From Octopus bimaculoides (taxonomy: Eukaryota), in assembly GCF_001194135.2 (NCBI RefSeq), contig NC_068986.1, positions 6,668,781-6,731,352 on the forward strand: 62,572 nt of DNA, read 5' to 3'. Positions 38,467 through 51,479 of the stretch are shown here, piece by piece. The translations under genes were made by a program, and so were the position numbers. How positions within the stretch are numbered: position 1 is the stretch's first letter; every line of letters begins with the position of its first letter. A model generated the notes under the pieces. The model saw nothing but the letters and a program-made list of their open reading frames with translations, was not told where the DNA came from and did no database searches.

Positions 38467-39676
38467 GTATGAAAGTTTTTGTAGCTTTATTGGTGGATGG
38501 TTTAAAGAGAAATCACAGTATGACTGTAGACATAAAATAATAAAGATGATACATAATTGTAACAAGTGAGATTACAACAGAAACGGAAGTTATTCATGGG
38601 ATGATTTTTACATGGATAATGTCTCTACTATTAATTAAATATGAAGCATGTGTGAGCGACCAGTTTATTCATTTAATCAGGTAAACCGGGGAGATAGAAG
38701 TTATTCAAGAATTAGTAGAGTAGAAATTAGAATGAGGAAAAAGTTAGATAAGACTTAAAAGAAATTTGGAATTGATATGAAGGCTGAAAAAAAGATGAAG
38801 ACAACTAGAGAGAAGCTTTGTTGCAACTATACTAAGCCATCTGCACTTAACTACAATAGTTCTTGTAGCTGGGTTCATGTTAAATAAACTGCATGCAACT
38901 TGATACACCAGCAATACTTCAGAAGACCACAACAATATCCAAGTAATACAGACAATATACATATGTAGTTGACTTGTTAGATATAGCAAACAAATCTCCA
39001 ATCATACTCTACTGTGTAAAAAACCCAAGACATATTGGAGGATAATAGGTCAGCTTTCATCATAGGTTTCCTTGATTAGACCAGAGCTGAGATTAAACAA
39101 CAGTAATGTCCTATTGTATAATACAATCCAACAAGGTAACTTCCACATAATTGCTCAACCTACTAGAAATAATAGCCAAACATTTTCTCAGATCATATCA
39201 TACTGTCCTCAAAAAAAAAAATAAGAAGAAATCTTAGATAATATAGTAATGGTTCACTAAGTTTGAGAGAAAATGACAGGATTTGATGTGCTACTCAACA
39301 GTGGTCTCATAAATTCCAAAGAATCAAGACTACAGCACCTCACAGTCAAATGATGTAAAGTGCATTTGACATTCAGTGTTTCTATCATCATCAAATTAGA
39401 GAAATGTATTGTGATTTTCATTGTGACCATTCTAGCATGTTGCATAATTTGAAAGCCATTTAGCTTCTATATTGAGTTGGTGGTGGATCATTTATGGCAG
39501 TTGGAAATCTGTTAAGATTTCAATGGTAGTTTGGATAGGTGAAGTGATTATAATTATCTAGCAGTTACCTCGTTGGCTTCGCAAAGTTATATATTTGATG
39601 ATGTTAATGGCATTCCATTTAATGAAAATATATAGAATATCATTTGCCTTTTTTTTTTCTTTTCTTTTTTGAACAG

Positions 39677-40112
39677 TGTTGATTCCATATCATTGAAAAC
39701 TGAAACAAAAGGCGAAAATGACGATCCTTCCAAATCTCCAGAGAAGAGCAAACATTCAAAGCAAGTATCTGGTCCAAAGTGTTCTCGGACTTTCATTACG
39801 TTTACAGATGATAAAACATTTCGGGAATATTTTCCACAAACCCGAGCTAAACCAGCATCAGCATCATCTAGAACTCTGTGTCCCGTCACACGGCAACCAG
39901 CCAAATACTTTGATCCTATCACACAGACACCGTATGCAACAACAACAGCTTTCAAGGTACTGAGGGAAGCACTTGTCATCCAACAAGAACAGTCTGTTGA
40001 GCTGAAGCGCAAGTCTCGAAGTAGTAACCAACAGAATTCATCATCATCGTCATCATCATCATCATCTATGGCTCACAACACAACCACACTTTTAGCATCA
40101 GCAACTAGTTAG
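39677..40112 (+). CDS. VPS72: VPS72 last exon with YL1_C domain (CPVTRQPAKYFDPITQTPYATTTAFKVLRE) and an S/T-rich tail
   Basis: gaacag|T; ORF 39669-40112; total CDS 1152 nt = 383 aa plus stop. Confidence 0.95.
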
Positions 40113-40234
40113 AAATTCTCCACAGTCAATTGCTAATGTTATCTGTGTTGAAAGGGGATTTTCTTATACAAACATACAAGAATGATTTAGACACTTCCTT
40201 GAGTGTCTTTCAGGTACTCTTACAATTTTATACA

Positions 40235-40240
40235 AATAAA
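40235..40240 (+). terminator. Putative VPS72 polyadenylation signal AATAAA
   Basis: About 125 nt after the TAG stop. Confidence 0.5.
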
Positions 40241-40699
40241 CATTGAAAAGCACACTGTTTTTGTGAATGAGCTTGTGTTTGTGTATTTAACTGCAGGCAT
40301 GGCTGAGTGGTAAGAAGTTTTCTCCCCAACCACAGTTTCAGATTCACTCTTTCTGCATGGTACCTTGGGCAAGTGTCTTCTACAACCCCAGGTCGAACAA
40401 AGCCTAAGAAATGGATTTAGAAACTGAAAGAAGCCTGTTGTATTTGTATGTATATATATAAAGTCATCATCATCATCATTTAACATCTGTTTTCCATGCT
40501 GGCATGGGTTGGACGGTTTTGACAAGCTAACCAACCAAAGGGTTGTTCAGGCTCCATGTCTGTTGTGGCACGGTTTCTATGGCTGGATGCCCTTTCTGGT
40601 GGCAACCACTTTACAGAGTGTAATGAGTGCTTTAATGCAACATTGGTACGGTGGTGCTTTTTACATGGTGCCAACACTTATGAGCCTGCAAGATTAGGA

Positions 40700-41720
40700 A
40701 CGCTCAGCTAGAGAGGATTGCAAAAGATGAGCCTGTATGCAAGGGCAACCATGCTTTTACATAGCTTGACATGTCTTTTCAAGCACAGCAACCTGCCAGT
40801 AGTGTCAGTCCCCTATTATCCCCTTTGTGAGTCCCAAAACTTGTAGATCTTTTCTCAACATTGTGTGCCATGTCTTTCTAGGTCTACCTCTCTACATGTT
40901 CCCTCTACAGTTAGAGATCAGCACCTCTTGATGCAATTGATCTCATTCATACACATGACCATACCAGCACAGGTTATATACGATGCTATGTATACCCATT
41001 TTTTTTTCTCAGATCACCTACACTCTGTTGTATTTGCAAACTGACACTACCCAGCCAGTGAAGCATTCTGGCTTCATTTCTTTCAAGTCTTTGCATATCC
41101 CCAGTAAGTAGTCACAGCCATGTAGCATAACTGTCCATACACACGCATCGTACAATCTACCTTTCACTCTGAGAGAGAGAGGCCTTTCATTACTAACAGA
41201 GGTAGTAACTGTCTGAACTTCTAGCAGCTTTGCTTTCAGAACAACCACTTCTACTACTAACTTGGTTACCTAAATAACAGATGCTGTCTACTACTTCTAA
41301 GGATCCTCTCAGGCAGATGAGAGAGTCTATTTTTGGTACATTTCTGGTGTTTAATGTACTTGTACATCTGCCATGTGTAAAGACTACTTTCTCATTAGTC
41401 ATCCAGTGATACTACTGCATGTCTTATAAGTCCATAGCTTGCACTGGGTACACTTTATGGAGTTTTTGTCTACATATCAAGCAGGGCCATCTCCCTGAAG
41501 GTACCTGCAATTTGTCTGTTTTCCTACTTATCGATATTTTGGCCTTTGCTATGGTAACTCTTAGGCTCTTTGATTTCAGATCTTGCTTCCATACCTGAAA
41601 TTTCTTCTCTTGTCCTAATTGTGATTCAGCAATAAGAACAAGGTCATCAGCATAGAAGAACTCTCAGGCACAGCCAGTTTTAAAGTCCTCAGTAACAGCT
41701 TGGAGGCTCATGATAAATAA
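40700..41720 (-). mobile_element. RTE LINE ORF2 fragment, degenerate
   Basis: LSLRVKGRLYDACVWTVMLHG; LEVVDSICYLGNQVSS; related pieces at 43410-43740 (+), 46440-46680 (+) and 50570-50960 (-). Confidence 0.85.
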
Positions 41721-43111
41721 GAGGGGATATATATCAAATAAAGAGACAGAGTCAGTGGCTAAGTTCCAGAGGTGCTCAATACAGACAACATGTTGTGGTG
41801 CTCAAATGATTTGATTTTAGGTGAACTGATATGAGATAATGATGCAAATAAACACACTTGGGCTTGACATATAAAACATACATATACATCATCATCATCG
41901 TTTAACGTCCGCTTTCCATGCTAGCATGGGTTGGACGATTTGACTGAGGACTGGCGAACCAGATGGCTACACCAGGCTCCAATCTGATTTGGCAGAGTTT
42001 CTACAGCTGGATGCCCTTCCTAACGCCAACCACTATATATTTAGAGAGAGGGAGAATTAAAAACTGAAAATATTCAAAAGACAAGCCTTCATGTATAAGC
42101 ATATAGATATATATTTACAGAGCAGATTTACATGGAGTACAAAACATGGAAAACTAAGGAGAGAGGGCATGGTGTTTCGGGTCTGACAGCTATTTCTGGA
42201 AGCTCAGAATTATGTAAGAGTTGTAATGTTGGCATCTAACAACATTAATTCCAAGCCCCAGAAACAGCTGTCAGACCTGAAATACTATGCCTGCTCCACT
42301 TAGTTTTCTGTATGTTTTGTACTGCATGTGAACCTGTTCTGTAAATACATAGATATCTATATGCTTATGCATGAATGTTCACCTTTTGAATATTTTCATC
42401 TTTTGTTTTTTGTATATATTATATATATGGCATGTAAAACCCACTCTTAGAGTGGTTGGCATTAGAAAGGGCATCCAGCTGTAGAAACCATGCCAAATCA
42501 GGCTCGAACCTGGAGCAGCCCTCTGGCTTATCAGCTCCAGTTAAACCGTCTAACCCATGCCAGCATGGAAAGCAGATGTTAAAGTTATATATATATAGTT
42601 GAAATTTATGGTAAAATGAAGACAGGTGTATTAGTTTGATGCTCAGGAAAGTGAAAAAGTCTTTTGCATTTTGAGCCTAAGCTCTTCAAAAGAAAGGAAT
42701 AAGAGAGAATATAAAAAAAACTTGTGGATTTAGCAGTCAAGCATGGCATGTATATTTTCCACCATTATTTCTCTCTCTCTCTCTCTCTCTCTNNNNNNNN
42801 NNNNNNNNNNNNNNNNNNNNNNNNNNNNNNNNNNNNNNNNNNNNNNNNNNNNNNNNNNNNNNNNNNNNNNNNNNNNNNNNNNNNNNNNNNNNNNNNNNNN
42901 NNNNNNNNNNNNNNNNNNNNNNNNNNNNNNNNNNNNNNNNNNNNNNNNNNNNNNNNNNNNNNNNNNNNNNNNNNNNNNNNNNNNNNNNNNNNNNNNNNNN
43001 NNNNNNNNNNNNNNNNNNNNNNNNNNNNNNNNNNNNNNNNNNNNNNNNNNNNNNNNNNNNNNNNNNNNNNNNNNNNNNNNNNNNNNNNNNNNNNNNNNNN
43101 NNNNNNNNNNN

Positions 43112-43164
<53 letters not shown>

Positions 43165-44215
43165 CTGTTACTATCTTTTTGCTTCAAATCCATGTAAAGT
43201 GGTAAAGTGAGTGTTACTGTCATGCAAACAGTATTTGTTTCCAATCTTCTGGGAGAAACATTATTTAATGGAAACAGGTGAAGGTTAGTCAAAAATCTGC
43301 CTCAACAAATTTTGTTCAACCCATGCAAGCCTGGAAACCAGACATTAAAAGAATGATGATGATATGTGTGTGTGTGTGTTTGTCTCATTCTAATGATATC
43401 CTGTGATAGTAGTAAAAGAGCATCACCATCATTTGTTTCCTGTTTTCCATGACAACATAGAGCTGTAAAAGTCATGTACAGGGATGCTGTCAGTTAGGTG
43501 GAAGTTGACAATGAGTTCAGCAAGGAAGTAGGAGTCCACCAGAGATCAGTTCTCAATCCCCTCTTATTTATCCTAGTTCCCCAGGCTATAAGAGTGAGTT
43601 GCTATATGCTAACGCCCTTATTCTTACTGCTGAATCACTACCAGAACTAGAAGAAATTTTAGGTATGGAAACAAGGTCTGGAATCAAAAGGCCTAGCAAA
43701 GACCAAAGTCCTAGTAAGTAAAAAAAAAAAAAACAGACAATATAGCATGAAGTCAATTCATATACGTAACCACCGCAAACCATAAATACAAAAAGATGTT
43801 CAATCTTCTGGGAATCAACATGCAGCATGAGCAAACTTTAGCATATGTCAACACCCGCTTATTATTAAAATAATAACATTCAATATAAAACAGTATTAGC
43901 TTATAACCACAAAGCTAGATATTAAAAAAAAAAAACTATTTATACAACAAAGAAATTCTTCTCACAAAGGACATTGTGATTCTAAAAACTATAGTACTAC
44001 ATACCAATAGAACTAGCAAACTAAACATATATTGAGGCTGTTCATCAATTTTACTATAAACAGAGAAATAGTTAGATTTGCCATGTTTGTATGTTTGCTA
44101 CATAGGTTTACATTATGATCCCTTTTGATATTGTGAGGAGTTATGCCGATTAGAAGCACCAGCTTTGTGAAACTACTGGATTTGGTTACTTGCTTCTCTG
44201 GCATTGATCAAGTGG

Positions 44216-44265
44216 TGTGGACTTCTGATGAGAACCCAATAAAGTTTGAAAATTGATCGAGACTG
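44216..44265 (+). ncRNA. Decayed hammerhead-like motif with canonical core
   Basis: GGACTT-CTGATGA-GAAC ccaataaa GTTT-GAAA-ATTGA-TC-GAGAC. Confidence 0.4.
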
Positions 44266-44479
44266 TGCACATTTTCCCAATCTATGAAAAAATAGATAAC
44301 TATGCCATGTTTGTATACCTGATATGCGAGTTTATCCATGCACACATGTATATACAGGGTGTTCAGGCTAAATATGACGATATTTTTGTCTCCTTTTTTC
44401 AAGAACAGCATTGGACAGCAAAAAGATGAATTTTGTAGTTGAGAAAAAGTTAGCTGACATGAAGGACTGGAAGCCATCT

Positions 44480-45270
44480 AAATATCAAAATGCCAACATC
44501 ATGTCTGCTGCTCAATGCTCTGAGAACATTGTAAAGGGTGCAAAATGTGATATGGACAGCTGAAAGAAAAACTACAAAGCTAAGTCCAGCAGGGAAAGGT
44601 GAAGGAGATCCAAGCCAGCAAATTTGGGCTTTGGTGAGAGAAAGTCACCACTATGAAGCTGGCCTTGGATGAGGGCTTTCGCTACAACTTGTACAAGAGA
44701 TGCAAGGGATAAATTCTGATGCATAGGAGGAGAACCCTTGTTGAGTCTGGAATGATCTGCTTCGTCATGAAAAGAACTTTTTCCAGGACCAATTGCATGA
44801 CATCTATAACAAGTGGCTTGCCTACAATCCATGTGATGTCCCATGTAACTCGAAAAATAAGTTCCCCCAAACTGTGATGGTCCCTGGGTATGTCTCCAAA
44901 GAGGGTAAACATCATGCTACCCCCACATCTCTCAATAGAGCTTTAGGCACAATTCACAGCTATGTAAAGCTGCTGGAAGACCATATATGTGGCAGCAGGA
45001 TTTGGCTCCTTGTTATACCTCCACAAAGAGATCCAAATGGTTGTCAGAGAATTTGTATGACCTTACCAGCTCCAATTTCTGGTCTCCTAATTTCCTCAAT
45101 GGATTACTGTGTGTGAGGTGTGGTTGAGAAAGACATTCTGCATGAAACCTCAAGGCTGATCTGGTGGCCAAGATCAAGGAGGTGTTCAAAAATCTTCTCT
45201 GAGACACAGTAAAAAATGCATTCACCAGGTTCTAGAGTTGTGGTGGCTTTGAGTAAACTGTTATCTTCCA
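44480..45270 (+). mobile_element. Degenerate Tc1/mariner transposase, maT/DD37D-like C-terminal part
   Basis: KFPQTVMV.G.VSKEG; WQQDLAPCYTS; W.PN...; KIKEVF...TVKNA. Confidence 0.7.
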
Positions 45271-46043
45271 GTCCTAATCCAGTTGATATCTTTTGATTTT
45301 TTTTTAAATACTATTACTTTTGGATAGGATTATTGTGTTTTAAGGGAAAAAAACGACTAGTTTTAAATCTCTGATTGAGATCTATGTAGTAACAGTACTG
45401 GATAGTAAAGTTTATTTGCCAACATAGCATGGTTGTCCTGGCTAGGATTATGTTACTACTTTTTAATCCAAAGAAAACTCTTTGCAGCTGGTTTATTGAC
45501 ATGATTTGTCCTGGGCATTCTGTAAGCAAGGGGGGGGGTGACTGCTAGGTGGGTGTCCAGTATTGAGGAAAGGAAATAACCCAGAAACCATTGGTGTGCT
45601 GTTACTACCAATAGTTTTAAGGGAGCGGTGAGCCCCCTTGCTTGCAGTATGTCTGACACAGATCATGTGTCGATAAACCAGCTGGAAAAGATGTTTTCCT
45701 GGGGTTAAAAAGTAGCAACATAGTCCTAGTCAAGACAGCCATGCTATGTTGGCAAATAAATTTTACTATATTGTGTAAATATGCCATGCTTGAGAAGAAG
45801 ACCCGTCAAACCAAGTGAAATCTCAGACGTGGCTGATGCCACCAAGATCTGACCTAAACAAAAATAATTAATCAAATGCAGTTCATAGAAAGCAAGAAGA
45901 ATATAGATTTAATTCAAAAACAAAAAAAACAGATATTGTGAGATTTAAGATAATCCTACTCATCTTTGCAGTTCATAGTTTCATTTTTAATTTTACCTGT
46001 TTTCTGTCATTGTTTTTATCCTTTCAAATTTCACACTTCATAA

Positions 46044-46139
46044 TTAGCATTCTTCTAAAGGATCTTCACAGCGTTTACTGTAAGCCGCCTGAAAATTGGC
46101 TCCAAGGTTTTCAAGATCTTTTGGTCCTTGTATTACTCC
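46044..46139 (-). CDS. MNS1: MNS1 last coding exon (GVIQGPKDLENLGANFQAAYSKRCEDPLEEC*)
   Basis: ttttaatag|GGA GTA; matches the GV...DL..LG..F...Y..R C-terminus; not in the ORF track. Confidence 0.88.
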   Translation of the reverse strand, partial: GVIQGPKDLENLGANFQAAYSKRCEDPLEEC

Positions 46140-46899
46140 CTATTAAAACAACAAAAACAATAAATATTGATTTCATTGTAGTCAGCAGTTTTAGTTATAT
46201 CTTCATGTCGTCTTGGCTCCTATCAACCTCGAGGTGGCCTTTATCAAGGTTCCATGCTCAGTGAAGAAGCTAGGAATAGATGAGTGAATTGAGAGAGGTG
46301 CATTCAGCAAGGTGGGAGATAACGGAACAACAAGGAATTTAGCAGAAAGATAGGGGCTCTGTCTTCAGACCCCTCTGTTCATTATAAGACTTCCAAGCCA
46401 GAGCAGAGTAGTTTAAGATAAGCTGCCCTGGGGAACACTTTTATGCTGATGACCTAGTTCTTGTAATTGAATCAATGGTATGGTCATATGATGCATATGG
46501 ATTAGGACAGCTGTGTGAAGAAGTGCCAATCTCTAAAGGTAGAGGGAACCTGTGGAAGAAGTAGGACCTAGGAAGACATGGGATGAGGTGGTAAAGCATG
46601 ATCTTTGAACACTGGGCCACATGGAGGAAATGACAAGTGACTGAGATCTTTGGCAATATGCCATGCTTGAGAAGAAGACCCATCAAACTAAGTGAAATCA
46701 CAGACGTGGCTGATGCCAGTGACACATAAAGAATACCCTTCGAACATTGGGTGATATGTTGTGCTTGAGAAGACCCATCAAACCAAGTGAAATCATATTC
46801 ATGCCCAATGCCATTGTTGCATAACTGGCTTCCGTGGCAGTGACATGTAAAAGGCACCCTTCAAAATTGTTCTGCCCAAGTACAATTCAATTCAAATAT

Positions 46900-48958
46900 A
46901 TACAATGTAGAGATATACTTACCTAATAACTGATCTAATGGTACAATATCTAGAAGAAAAAATATTCAGACCCAAACTTTCAGCCAAGCAATAAGATATT
47001 GGCCCACCTGTCAATCAGTGATGCTGCTTAAGTGTCAGCCAGCCTCACCTAGTGACGCTATTTCCCAGTCGGCATGTTATGGCTTTCAAGCCATATTGGG
47101 GCTTCTCGCTTCAGCCATATACAGAAGCTGACTTTGTCGACTGACTCCTGTATCCTCCTTATTACTTTTCTCAGCTCTGAGCTTGAAAATGCAAACCTTC
47201 TTTTAAATAATGTCATCATTTTCCTTTCAATGAAGCCCCTAGACCCCACTGTCAGGTGGTAATACTCGACAGTCCACCCCTGTGCTTCACACTCTTCGAT
47301 TAATCTCTCATACCTCTTCTCCTTCCGTTGCCCTGCATTAGCGATGTTCTCTTCCCATGGCACTGTCAGCTCAAGTAAAATTCCAATTTTCCATTCTGTG
47401 TTCCATAGGATTAAGTCCGGTCTTTTTGTTGTTTTTAGGAGTGGAAATATTAAGTCTTTCCAAATCCATGGCCAGCCCCCAGTATCCCTTCAACTTTTCG
47501 TCTGTCTACTATATTTTATTTGAAGGTCTGGCCTTATGTCTTTTCCCTCATTCTGGAAGTATATTTTTCTGCACTTTTCCACTTTTGGGTATTCTCTCCA
47601 ATTATATCCTTCGATCTTCTCCTGGAGTGCTGCACTTATGATACCGAGGACGTGATTGTGATGCCATGTATATCTCTCTAGTGCTAGCCTGCAGTTTGAC
47701 AGAACATGTCTCACCGTTACTTTTTCTCCGCATCTACATTCAACAGTTGTTTGTATGTTCCACCCAACTAAATTGGCCGGTGAAGGTAAAACATCAAAAG
47801 TAGACTTAATCAGAAAGGATTTCCTTGCTTGTTCCCAAGCCCAAAGTTCCTTCCATTAGATTCTGCAGCTGACCACATATTTCTCTCATCTCAAGTACTG
47901 TCCCTCTTGACTACGTTGCACCAAATGTACATTTTGCCTTTCTTCTTCTTCTTCCTTTCTTACTTCGTGTACCACTGCCTCTTTCATCTCTTTTACACTG
48001 CTCATGCAAAATGACTTGAAATTGTGTAACCCTAGACCAGCTCTTGCTTCTTGCATTGCTCCGACTATATCAGCAAGCCTTAGCTTTCTGATCGCCCTAT
48101 TTACTGCCTCTTCTGCATTCTATTTCTTCCCTGTTCATACCTTTGGAGGATTTTCTCGAATGTTCTGATCTTTCGAATACCTTAACATCATTACTGTCTT
48201 TGCCTTTCCTACCTTATATTCTTCGGCGATTGATGTTATCAGTAGTTTTCCATACAGTGCAGTTGTATTCAGTGGTTTTGGAAGACCAAACCATTTTCTG
48301 ATAAACACACTGCATTTTTGTTCCATCCTTTCTACTCTACTCGAGGCTATTTCCTACATTTACAGTGGCCACATTATCCTTGGGTACAGTCCAAATTGCA
48401 GTATCCAACATTTGAATTTTCCTGGTAATGTTGTTCTGTCAATTGCTTTTAGTCCCTGTTCCACTAAATCGTGTTTCTTTACTTTGCTTCTTATCATTTA
48501 GTAAATCTCTGTACCATCTTCCAAGACTCTTTACTGGTTGTTCTTTCACTGTTGGTATATCTTCACATCCTATCCTGAATTTCACTTCTTTTTGGGACTC
48601 ATTTCATGAAAGCCATGCTTCGAGATTTTTTAGCTTTGAATTCCATTCTCGCCCATCCTATTAGTTCGTCCAACCACTCTAGCATTCCATCTGCTGCTTC
48701 TCTATTTTCTGATAATACAGTAACGGTGTCTTTGTAACAGATTTCCAACAGTTTGTTGATCTTAGCAACATCTCCATGACTAGCACAAATAAGATGAATG
48801 ATATCATGCATCCAGCTGCAATACCTACTTCAAGCCATTGCCACTCCATTGTGAACTTTCCTGCTGTAAGTCTCATCCTCGACTTATCATAGTAACACAT
48901 GAGCATTCGTCGAACATCTTCTGGAATCCAAAAGACTGTAGCCCATGTTTTATTAACC
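46900..48958 (-). mobile_element. 5'-truncated HERO/R2-group non-LTR retrotransposon (RT, CCHC knuckle, restriction-like endonuclease), frameshifted, in the last MNS1 intron
   Basis: FWIPE..RMLMCYY; WQWLEVGIAAGCMISFILFVLVME; HVLSNCRLALERYTWHHNHVL; IRPDL; LTVPWEENI...RKEKRYERL...GW...VGSRGF. Confidence 0.88.
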
Positions 48959-49023
48959 CTGAAAAGAAAAAAGGCAAATTCAGGCAGAGCACAATGGATT
49001 TAAATGAATGAAAACCAGGTTAC

Positions 49024-49149
49024 CTTTGGTAAGTAACCAAGTAATTTAGAGGCATGCTCTTGCAGTAGTTTTTGTCTTTCTTCTTCAATGATCTTTTGCC
49101 GTTCATTTGCCATTTCTTGCAATACTTTCTGTTCCATTTCATTCTCTTC
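49024..49149 (-). CDS. MNS1: MNS1 exon (EENEMEQ...IIEEERQKLLQEHASKLLGYLPK)
   Basis: ttacag|GAA...AAG|gtaacc; IIEEERxKLLxEHAxxLLGYLPK motif. Confidence 0.95.
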
Positions 49150-49282
49150 CTGTAAATAACACAAATAAAATGAACATATTATATATATATGGGAGATTGT
49201 ACGAAGAAAACAACAACAGACGAGGACAGGTGGTGTAAACAACAAAAGGATGTATTAGTATGACGCTTGGGAATACAGAAAG

Positions 49283-49319
49283 TCTTTAACGTTTCGAGCT
49301 ACGCTCTTCAACAGAAAGA
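49283..49319 (-). ncRNA. Minimal type I hammerhead-like motif with A6U variant core
   Basis: TCTTT-CTGTTGA-AGAGC gta GCTC-GAAA-CG-TT-AAAGA; decayed twin at 42660-42696 (-). Confidence 0.45.
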
Positions 49320-51479
49320 ATACGGAGACAAAAAATTGAATAGTGTTCAGTCAACGGTCATAAATGTGAGTGTATGTGGATATGCATGTGTGTTTAACCC
49401 AAAAAGGCTCTGAAACGGTGTGTCCTTGAGAAAAACAAATCTGATTTTCGAAATCTGCACCCCACAGGCAGTGTCATTCATAAATAAATCTGTGTAACAT
49501 TTTTCTAAAACTTTTCTGGAATAGATGAATCACAAAGACGGATTCATCATGAAAAGGTACACCAACATAACAAATTCCAACATTTTCACTTCATTTTAAA
49601 TTCTCCAAATCTCAGACAGTGACAGAAAGGATCTCTGTCTGTCTGTCTGTTGCTCTCATTCTCTCTCTCTCAGACACATATATATGTCTATCTCTTTCAT
49701 TTTCTCACAGTAAACTTTTTCACTCTATAAAATTCATATTACTCACACCAAGTGTGTATGTATACATGTGATTTAAAAAGGCTACGTAAAAGATTATTTA
49801 TTTTAATAGCATGCTTTTCTGTTAGTAAATGTCTTTTTCTTACACACATGGGTTTGCTTGGTACGGGACAGTGTTAAAGATTTAAATCTCCTTTAAATCA
49901 TCATTTCATCTGAAAATTATTTTGAAATTATAAACAGAAACAAATTGCAGGTTCAGACTATCTGTACTTTAAAGCTATGATTAAAAATATTTCAAAAAGA
50001 AGCTGAGATTTTAGGATTTATGAAGTGGCATCAAAAAGTTCCCAGACTAGTTCTGTGCAAACAGATGGCCGCATGCGGTTGTGTGTACAGTGAGAGCTAG
50101 CAGTGACTTTCATAAGGCAGTGTGCCATGTGAAACTGCTGTAGTCTATAATTTTGCACATCCAGCAAAGCATACTGGCTTCATGAGTGTATGTATATGTC
50201 ATTATCATCTTCGTTTAACATCTACATTCCATACTGGCATGGGTTGGACGGTATGACTGAGGGCTGATAAGCCAGATGGCTGAACCAGACTCCAATCTGA
50301 TCTGGCAAGGTTTCTACAGCTGGATGCCTTTCCTAATGCCAACTGCTCTGAGAGTGTAGTGATTACTTTTTATGTGCACAGGAGCCAGTCAGGCGGCACT
50401 GGCATCGACTCACGCTTGTATGGTGCTTATTACATGCTACCAGCACAGGTGCCAGTCAGATGGGACAGGCATCAGTCACAACTACGATTTCCATTTTGAT
50501 TTTGATTTTACTTGACTCAATAGATCTTCTCAAGTGCAACATGTCGCCCGATGAGCCAAGCGTACTTTTAAATAGGCTGGTTATATGATACTGGTATCAG
50601 ATACGGCTGTGATCTCACTTTACTTGCCAGGTCTTCTCAATCACAGCATATTTCCAAATGTTTTGGTCTCTTGTCATTGCCTCTGTGAGTCCCAATGTTC
50701 AAAGGTCGTGCTTCACCACCTCATCCCATGTTTTCCTAGGTCTCCCTCTTCCATACACAACACATGACCATACCAGTGCAGTCATCTCCCTTGCACACCA
50801 CATCTAATGCTTCTTATGTCCAACATTTCTCTCGGGGCACTTACACTCTGTCATGTATGCACACTGACATTACACATCCAGGGGATCATACTAGCTTCAT
50901 TTCTTTCAAGCCTACATATGTCCTCATCAGTCATGGCCCATGTTTCCATGTTCCACTGCCATGTAGCATATATATGTAAACGTGTGTATGTGTGTGTGTA
51001 TGCATGTATGCATATATATATGTGTGTGTACATGCAAAGATTCTCCCTCATCCTTGCACCTAAAGGTATGCATGTATTACAAATACTTTTCCTTAAAGCT
51101 ATTGGCTGTCATGCTCATGTACTGCCTTGTGATGCTATTAGATGGTATAGGGTGGATCCATAGATTACAGTCTTTGTGAGGCAGGATCCTTCCAGTGGGC
51201 AGTTAGTAGGATTTCACCAGTTACAGGTTGGGATATGGGTTGGAGGCTATGTAGGTGTGCGTTTGCATTTATTGTAATATGCAACATTTGAAATGATGTT
51301 AGGTAAGCTGGAATAACTGACCTTGACATTGTGGGAACTAAAGTATTTATAACACTTATCAGTCCTAATGAAATGTCTTTTAATTAGCATCAGAAAGCTC
51401 CTAGCTATGCTAGTTGAAACTTCTAGGGCAAATGTACTAACTTATCAGTAAAACCACTCCTTGCTAATGCCTCATTACA

